Assembly (NCBI RefSeq): GCF_000011325.1
Contig: NC_003450.3
Coordinates: forward strand, 1,290,001-1,322,000
DNA length: 32,000 nt
Origin: Corynebacterium glutamicum ATCC 13032
GTDB taxonomy: Bacteria > Actinomycetota > Actinomycetes > Mycobacteriales > Mycobacteriaceae
Direction of reading: 5' to 3'
Shown: one piece after another, positions 1-8,653 of the stretch
Position numbering within the stretch: position 1 is the stretch's first letter
Layout of the letters: every line of letters starts with the position of its first letter
Translations under genes and position numbers: made by a program
Notes under the pieces: generated by a model
Told to the model about the DNA's origin: nothing
The model's database searches: none
The model's input: the letters and a program-made list of their open reading frames with translations, nothing else

Positions 1-1538
1 ACGGCCTCGTGCTCAAAGAGCTCATATCCGGAATATACGCCCCACACAGGAGACATCGTGGCGGCCAATGCGGCGCGGATAGCGAACATGGCGCGTCCAC
101 CATGCTGCAGAGACGCATGCAAAATGTCGGGAGTGTTCACAAACAGGTTCGGACGAGAAATATCCGCCATGCGGGCGATCTCAGTAGCGAACTCGGTGAG
201 CTCCTCCTTGGTGACCTTCCACGTGAAGTAGGTGTAAGACTGGGAGAAACCAATCTTGGCCAAGCCATACAGACGTGCCGGGCGAGTAAACGCCTCCGCT
301 AGGAAAATGACCTCAGGGTTTGATTTATGGATGGCAGAAATAAGCCACTGCCAGAAATTAGCGGGCTTAGTGTGCGGGTTATCCACGCGGAATGTGGTCA
401 CACCCAAATCCACCCAGAACTTCACCACACGATAGACCTCTTCGTAGATCTTCGGAGCATCATTATCAAAGTTGATGGGATAAATATCCTGGTACTTCTT
501 CGGTGGGTTTTCTGCATACGCAATGGTGCCATCAGCCAACACCGTGAAAAACTCGCGGTGTTCCTGCGCCCATGGATGATCAGGGGCAGCCTGCAGAGCT
601 AGATCGAGTGCAACTTCCAAATTGAGTTCCCGTGCGCGAGCCAACAACGCCTGGAAATCTTCAATGGTGCCCAACCGCGGATGCGTTGCATCATGCCCAC
701 CATCTTTAGAACCAATAGCCCACGGCGAACCCACATCATGAGGTTCCGGGGTCAGCGTATTATTGCGGCCCTTGCGGTTGACCTCGCCAATCGGATGGAT
801 CGGCGGGAAGTAAACAGTATCGAAGCCCATCTTCGCGACACGCTCCAACGCCTGAGCAGTGGTAGCGAAAGTGCCATGAACGGGGGTGCCGGACTCATCC
901 CAACCACCTGTGGAACGAGGGAAAAGCTCATACCAAGAGTTGACCAAAGCGGCACGACGCTCGACACGAACCTGCAGGTTTTCACCCATCGTGACCAACT
1001 CACGCAACGGGTTAAGTTCTAAAAGATGAGTGACACTCGCGGTGAGCGCTGGGGCGAGACGTGCGCGTACATCGCCGCCGCGCCGCAGAGAGGAGGCGAC
1101 GTCGAAAAGCGCAGTCCTATCCTCTTTAGACAAATTCTCCGCAGCACGCTCAAACAGCTGAGCCCCGTGCTCAAAGTCGTTATACAACTCATCCGAACCC
1201 TGACCGGCCTCAATCTTAGTGGTAATCGCATGACGCCACGTAGCCATAGGATCCGACCACGCATCTACACGAAATGTCCAATTACCAGGGACATCAGGAA
1301 CGAAAAATGCATTCGACTGATCCTGATTATCAGGAGTGGGGCGCATATGAATCTGAATAGGCTCAGCCGCCACTGAAGAATCCTCCGGACCGGACACATT
1401 CAACGTCGCGGCAATTGCATCATGGCCTTCACGCCACACAATAGCCGAGACAGGAACAATCTCACCCACTACTGCTTTCGCTGGATTTCCATCCAAAATG
1501 CGGGGACGAACATCATCGATACCGAGACGGCCAGTCAC
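1..1538 (-). CDS. glgE: Alpha-1,4-glucan:maltose-1-phosphate maltosyltransferase GlgE, N-terminal ~512 codons. The 3' end runs off the window, so it is absent from the ORF track.
   Basis: My reverse-complement translation from GTG (1536-1538) is open to position 1. It reads [42 protein letters not shown] ... [12 protein letters not shown] ... [23 protein letters not shown] ... [10 protein letters not shown] ... [10 protein letters not shown] ... FVNTPDIL. These are typical GlgE/GH13_3 blocks. RBS GAGGAG lies at 1545-1550 on the minus strand. Confidence 0.9.
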   Translation of the reverse strand, partial: MTGRLGIDDVRPRILDGNPAKAVVGEIVPVSAIVWREGHDAIAATLNVSGPEDSSVAAEPIQIHMRPTPDNQDQSNAFFVPDVPGNWTFRVDAWSDPMATWRHAITTKIEAGQGSDELYNDFEHGAQLFERAAENLSKEDRTALFDVASSLRRGGDVRARLAPALTASVTHLLELNPLRELVTMGENLQVRVERRAALVNSWYELFPRSTGGWDESGTPVHGTFATTAQALERVAKMGFDTVYFPPIHPIGEVNRKGRNNTLTPEPHDVGSPWAIGSKDGGHDATHPRLGTIEDFQALLARARELNLEVALDLALQAAPDHPWAQEHREFFTVLADGTIAYAENPPKKYQDIYPINFDNDAPKIYEEVYRVVKFWVDLGVTTFRVDNPHTKPANFWQWLISAIHKSNPEVIFLAEAFTRPARLYGLAKIGFSQSYTYFTWKVTKEELTEFATEIARMADISRPNLFVNTPDILHASLQHGGRAMFAIRAALAATMSPVWGVYSGYELFEHEA

Positions 1539-1698
1539 AGTTTTCTCCTCAACATGCAGTGTGAAGTGCGAACAAACGCACACAAGCTTAAAAGTTCGAT
1601 CAAGCAGACACATCGGCAATTAGCCGGGGGTATGTCTCCATTATGAAAGCTTAACGGAGCTGTGTCACTTCCACACGGAACCGGAGAAATCAGTCAAG

Positions 1699-2580
1699 AT
1701 GGGAGATGTGACTAACTCTATAAATAACTCTGCAGCTGCATCTTTTCCCTCTGATGAAGAAGAATCCAATGAAGACCTCCTCATCGATTTCCAAGGAGTC
1801 TTCTTTAAGAGGGATGGTCGAAACCTCGTCGGCCCCGTCGACTGGCAAGTAGAACTAGATGAACGCTGGGTAATTATCGGACCAAACGGAGCCGGCAAAA
1901 CCACACTCATCCGCATGGCATCCGCCGAAGAATTCCCCTCCGGAGGAATGGCACGCCTCATGGGAGAACGCATCGGCAAAACTGACATGCGCGACCTCCG
2001 CTCCATGATCGGCGTCAGCTCCTCCGCATTAGGCAACCGAATCCCCTCCGAAGAAAAAGTCTCTGACCTAGTCATCTCCGCAGGCTACGCAATCCTCGGC
2101 CGCTGGCGCGAAGACTACGACGAAATGGACTTCGGACAAGCCACCGAAATCCTCGAACAAGTCGGAGCCATGCACCTAGCCGACCGCACCTGGGGAACCC
2201 TCTCCGAAGGCGAACGCAAACGAGTCCTGGTCGCACGCGCACTCATGACCAACCCGGAACTCCTCATCCTTGACGAACCAACCGCAGGAATGGACCTCGG
2301 CGGACGCGAAGACCTCGTCGGCTACCTCGGAGAACTCGCCATGGACCCAGACGCACCTGCCATCGTCATGATCACCCACCACGTCGAAGAAATCCCCGCC
2401 GGATTCACCCACGCAATGCTCCTCGACGAAGGTGAAATCGTAGCCCAAGGCCTGATCAACACCGTCATGACAAACGAGAACCTATCCAAAGCATTCCACC
2501 AGCCAATCCAAGTAGACCGCATCGGGGAACGCTACTTTGCCCGCCGTGTGAGAACCGCCAGGAGTCATAGGGCTCAGTAG
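1699..2580 (+). CDS. Orphan ABC-transporter ATP-binding protein (ModF/YlmA-like) with no adjacent permease gene
   Basis: Walker A GPNGAGKTT, ABC signature LSEGERKRV and Walker B LLILDEPTAGMD are present. GGAGAAA lies 10 nt upstream of the ATG. Confidence 0.9.
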   Translation: MGDVTNSINNSAAASFPSDEEESNEDLLIDFQGVFFKRDGRNLVGPVDWQVELDERWVIIGPNGAGKTTLIRMASAEEFPSGGMARLMGERIGKTDMRDLRSMIGVSSSALGNRIPSEEKVSDLVISAGYAILGRWREDYDEMDFGQATEILEQVGAMHLADRTWGTLSEGERKRVLVARALMTNPELLILDEPTAGMDLGGREDLVGYLGELAMDPDAPAIVMITHHVEEIPAGFTHAMLLDEGEIVAQGLINTVMTNENLSKAFHQPIQVDRIGERYFARRVRTARSHRAQ

Positions 2581-2629
2581 GTTTTTTGGAGTTGTGGGCC
2601 GGTGTTGGAGGGGTGGTTGTTTAATAGGC

Positions 2630-2769
2630 GACTTCACGTATGCGGACTTCATGTGCGCTGACTTCTTGCGCTCAACTTCTCATGTGCTGACTTCACTCCG
2701 GATTGCTGGCATTTAGTAGTGATGTCGTGTGATGAGAAGTTGAGTATGCGAAGTCGGTACCGAGAAGTC
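2630..2769. repeat. Imperfect palindromic array of GACTTC units: five forward units, then three reverse-complement units
   Basis: GACTTC/AACTTC occurs at 2630, 2645, 2660, 2674 and 2689 (spacings 15, 15, 14, 15). GAAGTT/GAAGTC occurs at 2736, 2750 and 2764 (spacings 14, 14). ctcaacttctcat 2671-2683 pairs 13/13 with atgagaagttgag 2732-2744. gacttcactcc 2689-2699 pairs 9/11 with 2716-2726. Both pairs are centred at ~2707.5. Confidence 0.7.
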
Positions 2770-2818
2770 GACCTTTAGGACATTTTTAGAGGAGTCCACG
2801 CAGAGACTCTGTCTCCGT

Positions 2819-3022
2819 AAGTTCGATTTCACGGTTACGACTTCGAACTGTCGATATCCCGGGTGCGGTTTCTCAATTACAATTTCGCACTTCCAATTTC
2901 TCAAGAGCGATACCACTAGGAAAAGTGCCATTTTCCGACTGAAATCGCCGTTGAGAAATTGAGCGCAAGGTATCGAGTTTGCGAAATCGGTAATAAGAAA
3001 TCGTAACCGTGAAATCGAACTT
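2819..3022. repeat. 204-bp element bounded by perfect 22-bp inverted repeats with nested inner inverted repeats (MITE-like or long hairpin)
   Basis: aagttcgatttcacggttacga (2819-2840) is the exact reverse complement of 3001-3022. Inner pairs are 2882-2889 with 2980-2987 (8/8) and 2894-2911 with 2944-2961 (16/18). The apex hairpin is ggaaaa/ttttcc, 2919-2924 with 2931-2936. GAAATCG recurs four times in the right arm. Confidence 0.75.
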
Positions 3023-3221
3023 TAAACCCAAATGACCGAAAAAGTTCAAACCAACAAGCATCAAGTGACACATTCTCGTGCGGACTGCGCACGGAATCCA
3101 TAGACTGGTCTGCAGAAGTTTTACGTGTGGGTTTGCTTCGGATGGGGCTTTAACAAGCTTCACAGATGTTGGTTTTTCATAGGCAAGCTATCCAGAAGTA
3201 GGCTTTACAGAAAGTCAGGGT

Positions 3222-4028
3222 GTGGCAATGGTGATGCAGGGCATTGGTGGTAGGAAGCTGGCGGCGACGGTGCTGTTGGTTCGGGATGGGATCATCAATG
3301 GGCGTCCTGATGTGGAGGTTTACATTCAGGAGCGTGTGTCTACTATGGCTAATTTTCCTCGGGCGACGGTGTTTCCGGGTGGGGGTGTTGATTCTCGGGA
3401 TTTTGCGGATGGTCACGGTAAGGAAGTGTGGAGGGGACCTAGCGCGGAGGAGTGGGGTGTGCGTTTAGGCGTGGAGCCTCATGTTGCGTATGCGTTGGTT
3501 TTTGCTGCGGTTCGTGAGTTGTTTGAAGAGGCCGGTACGTTGCTTGCGGAGCATACGGATGGTTCTGGTTTGGTGAAGAATGCTGGTCAGTATCACGGAT
3601 ATCGGGAGTTGTTGGAGACTCATGAGATGTCGCTGACGGATATGTTGCAGAGTGAGAATTTGGCGATTCGTAGTGATTTGATTGTGCCTTTTGCCAGGTG
3701 GGCGAGCCCTGAGGGTAATAGGGAGCAGTTTGATACGTTTTCTTTTGTTGCTGTGGAGCCGGAGGGGCAGTGTGCGGATGGTAATACGTCGGAGGCGTCT
3801 TCGACGGGGTATTTTCCTGCACGGCTGATTTTGGATGGTTGGCGCGCCGGGTTGTTGAGGTTGGTTATTCCGACGTGGGCGTCGTTGTTTGAGTTGTCGC
3901 AGTTTAAGACTGTGGAGGAATTGCTGGAGTACAGCGCGCAGGTTGATATGTCTCCTGTGTTGGATGATGCGGTGGATAATCCGAGGTATGCGGAGTTTTA
4001 TCAGGCGATGCGCACGGAACGGTTTTGA
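3222..4028 (+). CDS. NUDIX-family hydrolase
   Basis: The Nudix box is visible: GGGVDSRD...x...AAVRELFEEAGTLL, fitting the REUxEExGU core. The ORF is long with consistent G/T-ending codon usage. The exact start (3222 or 3231) is uncertain. Confidence 0.8.
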   Translation: MAMVMQGIGGRKLAATVLLVRDGIINGRPDVEVYIQERVSTMANFPRATVFPGGGVDSRDFADGHGKEVWRGPSAEEWGVRLGVEPHVAYALVFAAVRELFEEAGTLLAEHTDGSGLVKNAGQYHGYRELLETHEMSLTDMLQSENLAIRSDLIVPFARWASPEGNREQFDTFSFVAVEPEGQCADGNTSEASSTGYFPARLILDGWRAGLLRLVIPTWASLFELSQFKTVEELLEYSAQVDMSPVLDDAVDNPRYAEFYQAMRTERF

Positions 4029-4045
4029 TCATTTAAGGTTCATTC

Positions 4046-5209
4046 ATGAGCTTTAGTGCGGATGAGGTGCGTTTCCTGGCGCAGTCGGAGCGGGAAATCG
4101 CGGAGATGACTGCGGATCTTGACTTGAGTAAGAAGTCGATGATTTCGGATGTGGCGACGCTTCGGAAGCACTTCGGTGACTTCGGGAGGGCTGTTGCAGA
4201 ACTAGCGGGGGCGAGGCGCAGCGCGGTGGGGAAGCTTCCGCAAGATTGGCTGATGTGTCAAGAATCTGCGCAGCAAACCACTCCGCCTGCGGTGTCAGCG
4301 GAGCGCGCCCGGCGTCTGAAAACTGCACTTGGTGAGAACGTGATTGTTCATGATGTCACCTGTTCCATCGGTACGGAGGGGCATGAACTTATCGATGCCG
4401 GCCTTCGCTACCTGGGTTCTGATCTAGATTTCTCACGCACCCTCATGGCAGCCCACAATCTCCAGGGCAAAAACGCCCTGATTTTCCGCGCCGACGCGCT
4501 CCAGCCCGCAAGCAGGGGAGCCGACGTCATCATCGCGGACCCTGCCAGACGCGCCGGGGGCAAGCGCATTACAAATCCGGCACAGCTCCTGCCACCTCTG
4601 CCTTCGCTTCTCGACGCCTGGATCAACCAACCACTCGCCGTTAAATGTGCCCCCGGCCTTGATTTTTCGGAATGGCCAGGTCTCGTCAGTATTGCCAGCG
4701 TTGATGGAGGCGTGAAAGAAGCATGCCTCTACACTACGGATCTGGCAGATGGGGAAACTCGCGAAGCTATCGTGATCAAAGATGGGCTCATTGACCGCAT
4801 CACCAACTTTGAAGACGATGCCACGGGACAAGACCTTGCGGCTGCACCTGGTGAGTTCATCATCGACCCAGACGGTGCCATCGTGCGCGCCGGGTTGGTT
4901 CGCCACTATGCAGTGCGTGAGCAGCTGTGGATGTTGGATGAGCGGATCGCATACCTTACGGGCAATCGGATTCCAGAGGGTACCAGCGGTTTTAGGTTTA
5001 TTGAAGAGGTTCCGCTGAAGAAGCTGAAATCGGCGATGGCAGCACATGATGCGGGGGCGGTTGAAATTTTAGTGCGTGGTGTTGATGTTGATCCTGATCA
5101 GTTGCGGAAAAGATTGCAGCTGAAGGGTACCAAGGCGATGTCTGTGGTGATCACTCGAATTGGCAGCCGAGGGGTTGCATTGATTTGTGGTCCTCGCGAG
5201 CGCGCCTAA
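4046..5209 (+). CDS. Class I SAM-dependent methyltransferase-like protein (THUMP-like C-terminal region suspected)
   Basis: The ORF is 387 aa. It has VHDVTCSIGTEG (motif I-like) and DVIIADPARR (motif IV-like DPxR). AAGG lies 9 nt upstream of the ATG. The family assignment needs an HMM search. Confidence 0.7.
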   Translation: MSFSADEVRFLAQSEREIAEMTADLDLSKKSMISDVATLRKHFGDFGRAVAELAGARRSAVGKLPQDWLMCQESAQQTTPPAVSAERARRLKTALGENVIVHDVTCSIGTEGHELIDAGLRYLGSDLDFSRTLMAAHNLQGKNALIFRADALQPASRGADVIIADPARRAGGKRITNPAQLLPPLPSLLDAWINQPLAVKCAPGLDFSEWPGLVSIASVDGGVKEACLYTTDLADGETREAIVIKDGLIDRITNFEDDATGQDLAAAPGEFIIDPDGAIVRAGLVRHYAVREQLWMLDERIAYLTGNRIPEGTSGFRFIEEVPLKKLKSAMAAHDAGAVEILVRGVDVDPDQLRKRLQLKGTKAMSVVITRIGSRGVALICGPRERA

Positions 5210-5434
5210 AGCCGATGCAAATAAAATTGCCCTGGAAATTGTGCACATCGCGCTGGATTGCTTAGTCTGTTCTATATAGACTGGTTTGTCTGTCAGCGCG
5301 TGTGTTTATAAAGTTGCGTGAAAACCGACGGTAGGTAGGCGTCGAAAAGCAATGGGCGAAGCCCGCGTAGTATGGGCGGGCAACGCTAAAAGCGCCAAAA
5401 ACGCCAAAAATCGTGAATTGAAAGGTGAGTGTGG

Positions 5435-6223
5435 ATGTCCACAATCGTGGTTCTGGTTAAAAATGTTCCAGACACCTGGTCTAAGAGGACTCTGGAAGCT
5501 GATTTCACCCTTGACCGTGAGGGTGTAGATCGAGTCTTGGATGAGATCAATGAGTTTGCTCTGGAGCAGGCACTGCGCTTGCGGGAGTCCAACCCGGATG
5601 CTGGTTACCGCGTTGTTGCGCTGAGCGCCGGCCCTGCCGGTGGGGAAGAGGCGCTGCGTAAGGCGCTGTCCATGGGTGCTGATGAAGCAATCCAGCTCAG
5701 TGATGATGCCTTGGCTGGTTCTGATCTTTTGGGAACCGCTTGGGCGCTGAACAACGCTATCAACACCATCGCGGGTGTTGCTCTCATCGTGACGGGTTCG
5801 GCTTCTTCCGATGGTTCCATGGGTGCGCTTCCTGGCGTGTTAGCTGAGTACCGCCAGGTCCCAGCGTTGACTAACTTGTCTGCGCTGAAGGTCGAGGGTG
5901 CATCTATTACTGCCACTCGCATTGATAACCACGGCACCTATGAGTTGCAGGCTGCACTTCCTGCGGTTGTGTCGATTTCCGATAAGGCTGACAAGCCACG
6001 TTTCCCTAACTTCAAGGGCATCATGGCTGCTAAGAAGGCTGAGATCAAGAAGCTTTCCTTGGCTGAAATCGGCGTGGCTCCAGAGCAGGTTGGTCTGTCT
6101 CACGCGGCAACTGCTGTTACTGCTGCAGCTGATCGTCCTGAGCGCTCCCAAGGTGATGTCATTGGTGCATCGGGTGCTGCTGAAAAGATTGCTGAGTACC
6201 TCGCTTCAGAGAACCTCATCTAG
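5435..6223 (+). CDS. etfB: Electron transfer flavoprotein beta subunit
   Basis: MSTIVVLVKNVPDTW is a typical EtfB N-terminus. I prefer ATG 5435 to the track's GTG 5429 because AAAGGTGAG sits at 5421-5429. It is followed immediately by etfA. Confidence 0.9.
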   Translation: MSTIVVLVKNVPDTWSKRTLEADFTLDREGVDRVLDEINEFALEQALRLRESNPDAGYRVVALSAGPAGGEEALRKALSMGADEAIQLSDDALAGSDLLGTAWALNNAINTIAGVALIVTGSASSDGSMGALPGVLAEYRQVPALTNLSALKVEGASITATRIDNHGTYELQAALPAVVSISDKADKPRFPNFKGIMAAKKAEIKKLSLAEIGVAPEQVGLSHAATAVTAAADRPERSQGDVIGASGAAEKIAEYLASENLI

Positions 6224-6252
6224 CCACTATCTTCACAAAGGAGAACATTTAA

Positions 6253-7206
6253 ATGTCTATTTCTTATGTGCTGGTTGAGCAGCTAGATGGCCGCCCAGAA
6301 CCAGTTACCCTTGAATTGATCACTGCTGCTCGCGCACTCGGTGACGTCGTTGCCGTTGTCGTTGGCGAGCCAGGTGCCGGCGTAAACCTTGCTGCTGAGC
6401 TCGGCAATTGGGGTGCAGCACAGGTTGTTTCCGCTGAAATCTCTGGCGCTTCCAACCGTTTGATCTTGCCTGCTGTTGATGCGCTGCACATTTTGGCTGC
6501 GAACAACCCAGGTCCAATTGTTATCGCTGCAACTGCAAGCGGTAATGAGATCGCTGGTCGTTTGGCTGCCCGTTTGGCTTCTGGTGTGCTCACCGATGTC
6601 GTCGGAATCAATGCCGACCGCACCGCACAGCAGTCCATTTTCGGCGACACCATTCAGGTGTCCGCTGCAGTTGGTGGCGCTTCACCGCTGTACACCCTGC
6701 GTCCAGGTGCCCTTGATGGCGTGGCCGTTCCTGCAACCGGTGAATTGGCAACCATTGAGATCCCAGGCGCAACCGCCAAGGATGTCACCATCACCTCCTT
6801 CACGCCAAGCACCCAGAGCGATCGCCCTGAGCTGCCACAGGCAAAGGTCGTTATCGCAGGTGGACGTGGTGTCGGAAGCGAAGAAAACTTCCGCAGCATC
6901 GTTGAACCACTGGCAGATGCATTGGGCGGTGCCGTTGGCGCAACCCGCGACGCCGTTGATCTGGGCTACTACCCAGGCGAGTACCAGGTTGGTCAGACCG
7001 GTGTCACCGTGTCCCCAGACCTCTACATCGGCCTCGGCATTTCCGGTGCAATTCAGCACACTTCTGGTATGCAGACCGCAAAGAAGGTTATTGTGATCAA
7101 CAACGATGAGGACGCGCCGATCTTCCAGATTGCGGACCTCGGTGTCGTTGGCGACCTCTTTGACATCGCCCCTGCGCTCATCGAAGAGATCAACAAGCGC
7201 AAGTAG
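6253..7206 (+). CDS. etfA: Electron transfer flavoprotein alpha subunit
   Basis: The C-terminal FAD-binding block reads VIAGGRGVGS...GATRDAVDLGY...QVGQTGVTVSPDLYIGLGISGAIQH. AAAGGAGAA lies upstream of the ATG. Confidence 0.9.
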   Translation: MSISYVLVEQLDGRPEPVTLELITAARALGDVVAVVVGEPGAGVNLAAELGNWGAAQVVSAEISGASNRLILPAVDALHILAANNPGPIVIAATASGNEIAGRLAARLASGVLTDVVGINADRTAQQSIFGDTIQVSAAVGGASPLYTLRPGALDGVAVPATGELATIEIPGATAKDVTITSFTPSTQSDRPELPQAKVVIAGGRGVGSEENFRSIVEPLADALGGAVGATRDAVDLGYYPGEYQVGQTGVTVSPDLYIGLGISGAIQHTSGMQTAKKVIVINNDEDAPIFQIADLGVVGDLFDIAPALIEEINKRK

Positions 7207-7211
7207 GAGTT

Positions 7212-8342
7212 TTGAACACTTTTTATCTGGACCATGCAGCCACCACACCAATGCGTGAGGTGGCCGCAGCTGCGTGGATGGAAAACGCGCAGGCATTGAA
7301 TCCCGCGAGTCAGTACGGTTCGGGGCGTAAGGCGCGCAGCGTTGCGGATTCGGCTCGTGAAGAAATTGCTTCTTTGCTGGGCTGTGAACCTATCGAGGTT
7401 GTGTTTACCGCGTCCGGCACGGAGGCAGATAACCTCGCTGTGCAGGGGTTATTCCACGCATCGCCTCTCAATCGGATTATTTCTACGCCGATCGAGCACC
7501 CCGGGATTCTGGAAACCGTCAAGGCTCTAGAACTTGGCGGGGCAGAGGCGGAGCTCATGCCGATCGGTCCAGATGGACGAGTGTCTTCCTTCGAAGCGCT
7601 GGACAAGCCTGCCGCGGTTGCCACTATGATGTGGGCGAACAATGAGACCGGCGCGATTCAGCCGGTTTCTGAGTTCATCGCCGCCGCGCAGGCGTCCGGC
7701 ACGCCAACACACATCGATGCGGTTCAGGTCGTTGGCCATCTGCCGGTCAATTTTGATGAGCTCGGCGCCACCACTTTGGCTGCCTCCGCGCACAAATTCG
7801 GTGGACCACGTGGCGTCGGCCTGCTGTTGGTGAGGCGCTCACCAGCACCTTCAGCCGTATTGCACGGAGGTGGTCAGGAGCGCGGCATCCGTCCAGGCAC
7901 CCTTGATGTCGCCGGCGCAGCTGCCACCGCAGCCGCATTACGCGAAGCAGTGGCCGAGCTTGACGGCGAAGCCACCCGCCTGCGCGGACTTAAAAAGATG
8001 CTTCTCGACGCCATCCTCCACACCATCCCCAACGTACTGGTCCACACCACCGAACCATCCCTGCCAGGACACCTGCATCTCTCCTTCCCAGGAGCAGAAG
8101 GCGATAGTTTGATCATGCTGCTCGACTCCTTGCGGATCGAAGCCTCCACAGGTTCGGCCTGCTCCAACGGTGTAAACCGTGCCAGCCACGTCCTTTTGGC
8201 CATGGGAATTTCCGAAACCGACGCCCGTGGTGCCATCCGATTCACCCTCGGAAGAACCACCACTGAAGAATCCATCAAGGCAGTGATCGCCGTGATCGAA
8301 GACGTAGTGACCAGGGCTCGTACTGCGGGAATGGCTTTTTAG
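7212..8342 (+). CDS. iscS: Cysteine desulfurase (class I NifS/IscS-like, PLP-dependent)
   Basis: FYLDHAATTP is at the N-terminus. The PLP lysine motif SAHKFGGPRGVG and the catalytic-Cys loop STGSACS are present. TTG start with AGGAG at 7205-7209. The symbol follows the M. tuberculosis ortholog and is given from memory. Confidence 0.88.
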   Translation: MNTFYLDHAATTPMREVAAAAWMENAQALNPASQYGSGRKARSVADSAREEIASLLGCEPIEVVFTASGTEADNLAVQGLFHASPLNRIISTPIEHPGILETVKALELGGAEAELMPIGPDGRVSSFEALDKPAAVATMMWANNETGAIQPVSEFIAAAQASGTPTHIDAVQVVGHLPVNFDELGATTLAASAHKFGGPRGVGLLLVRRSPAPSAVLHGGGQERGIRPGTLDVAGAAATAAALREAVAELDGEATRLRGLKKMLLDAILHTIPNVLVHTTEPSLPGHLHLSFPGAEGDSLIMLLDSLRIEASTGSACSNGVNRASHVLLAMGISETDARGAIRFTLGRTTTEESIKAVIAVIEDVVTRARTAGMAF

Positions 8343-8653
8343 CGACCGTAAATCGCATAGTGCAGTTCCGTTGCCAGCGGGCAGATCACCTGCTGGTGCG
8401 ACAGCGGAACATTTTGGCAGTCGCCAACAACGGGAGATCCTGTTGACAGCACGATCGCACCAAAAAGTCCGTGAAACATCACGGTTTCTTGGGAACGATT
8501 CAACCCAGTCGATGTCATGGTTGGTCCATAGGGATCCACCATGTCGTGTTCTGGAAAGTGCGAGGAAATCGTGTTGGCCTGGGCACTTGGAGCGAACAGC
8601 ACAGCGCTAGCGATAGTCACAGCAGCGATTGTTGATAAGTATTTCTTGATCAT
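8339..8653 (-). CDS. Small secreted hypothetical protein (104 aa)
   Basis: The Sec signal peptide is MIKKYLSTIAAVTIASAVLFAPSAQA|N, with an AxA cleavage motif. There is no Shine-Dalgarno. TAATGT lies 7 nt upstream of the ATG, which is compatible with a leaderless transcript. No family was recognised. Confidence 0.6.
   Translation of the reverse strand: MIKKYLSTIAAVTIASAVLFAPSAQANTISSHFPEHDMVDPYGPTMTSTGLNRSQETVMFHGLFGAIVLSTGSPVVGDCQNVPLSHQQVICPLATELHYAIYGR

Noticed and set aside
9-1646. Several 74-116-aa plus- and minus-strand ORFs in the track that cover the first 1.6 kb
   Set aside because: They are frame shadows of the edge-truncated glgE gene on the minus strand. That gene is open for ~512 codons with unmistakable GlgE motifs. 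The short ORFs have Arg/Ser/Cys-rich nonsense-like composition.
2581-2630. T-tract (gttttttgg) immediately after the ABC ATPase stop, as a possible terminator
   Set aside because: I could not find a convincing GC-rich stem preceding the T-tract, so I did not call it.
2713-3163. Three overlapping minus-strand ORFs (61-96 aa) inside the 641-bp gap
   Set aside because: They have no RBS and an implausible composition. They are built largely from the two arms of the inverted repeats, so the open frames are a by-product of the repeat structure.
8339-8342. 4-bp overlapping convergent stop codons: TTAG here and TTAA at 15921-15924
   Set aside because: This is a common consequence of compact gene packing. 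There is no evidence of functional significance.
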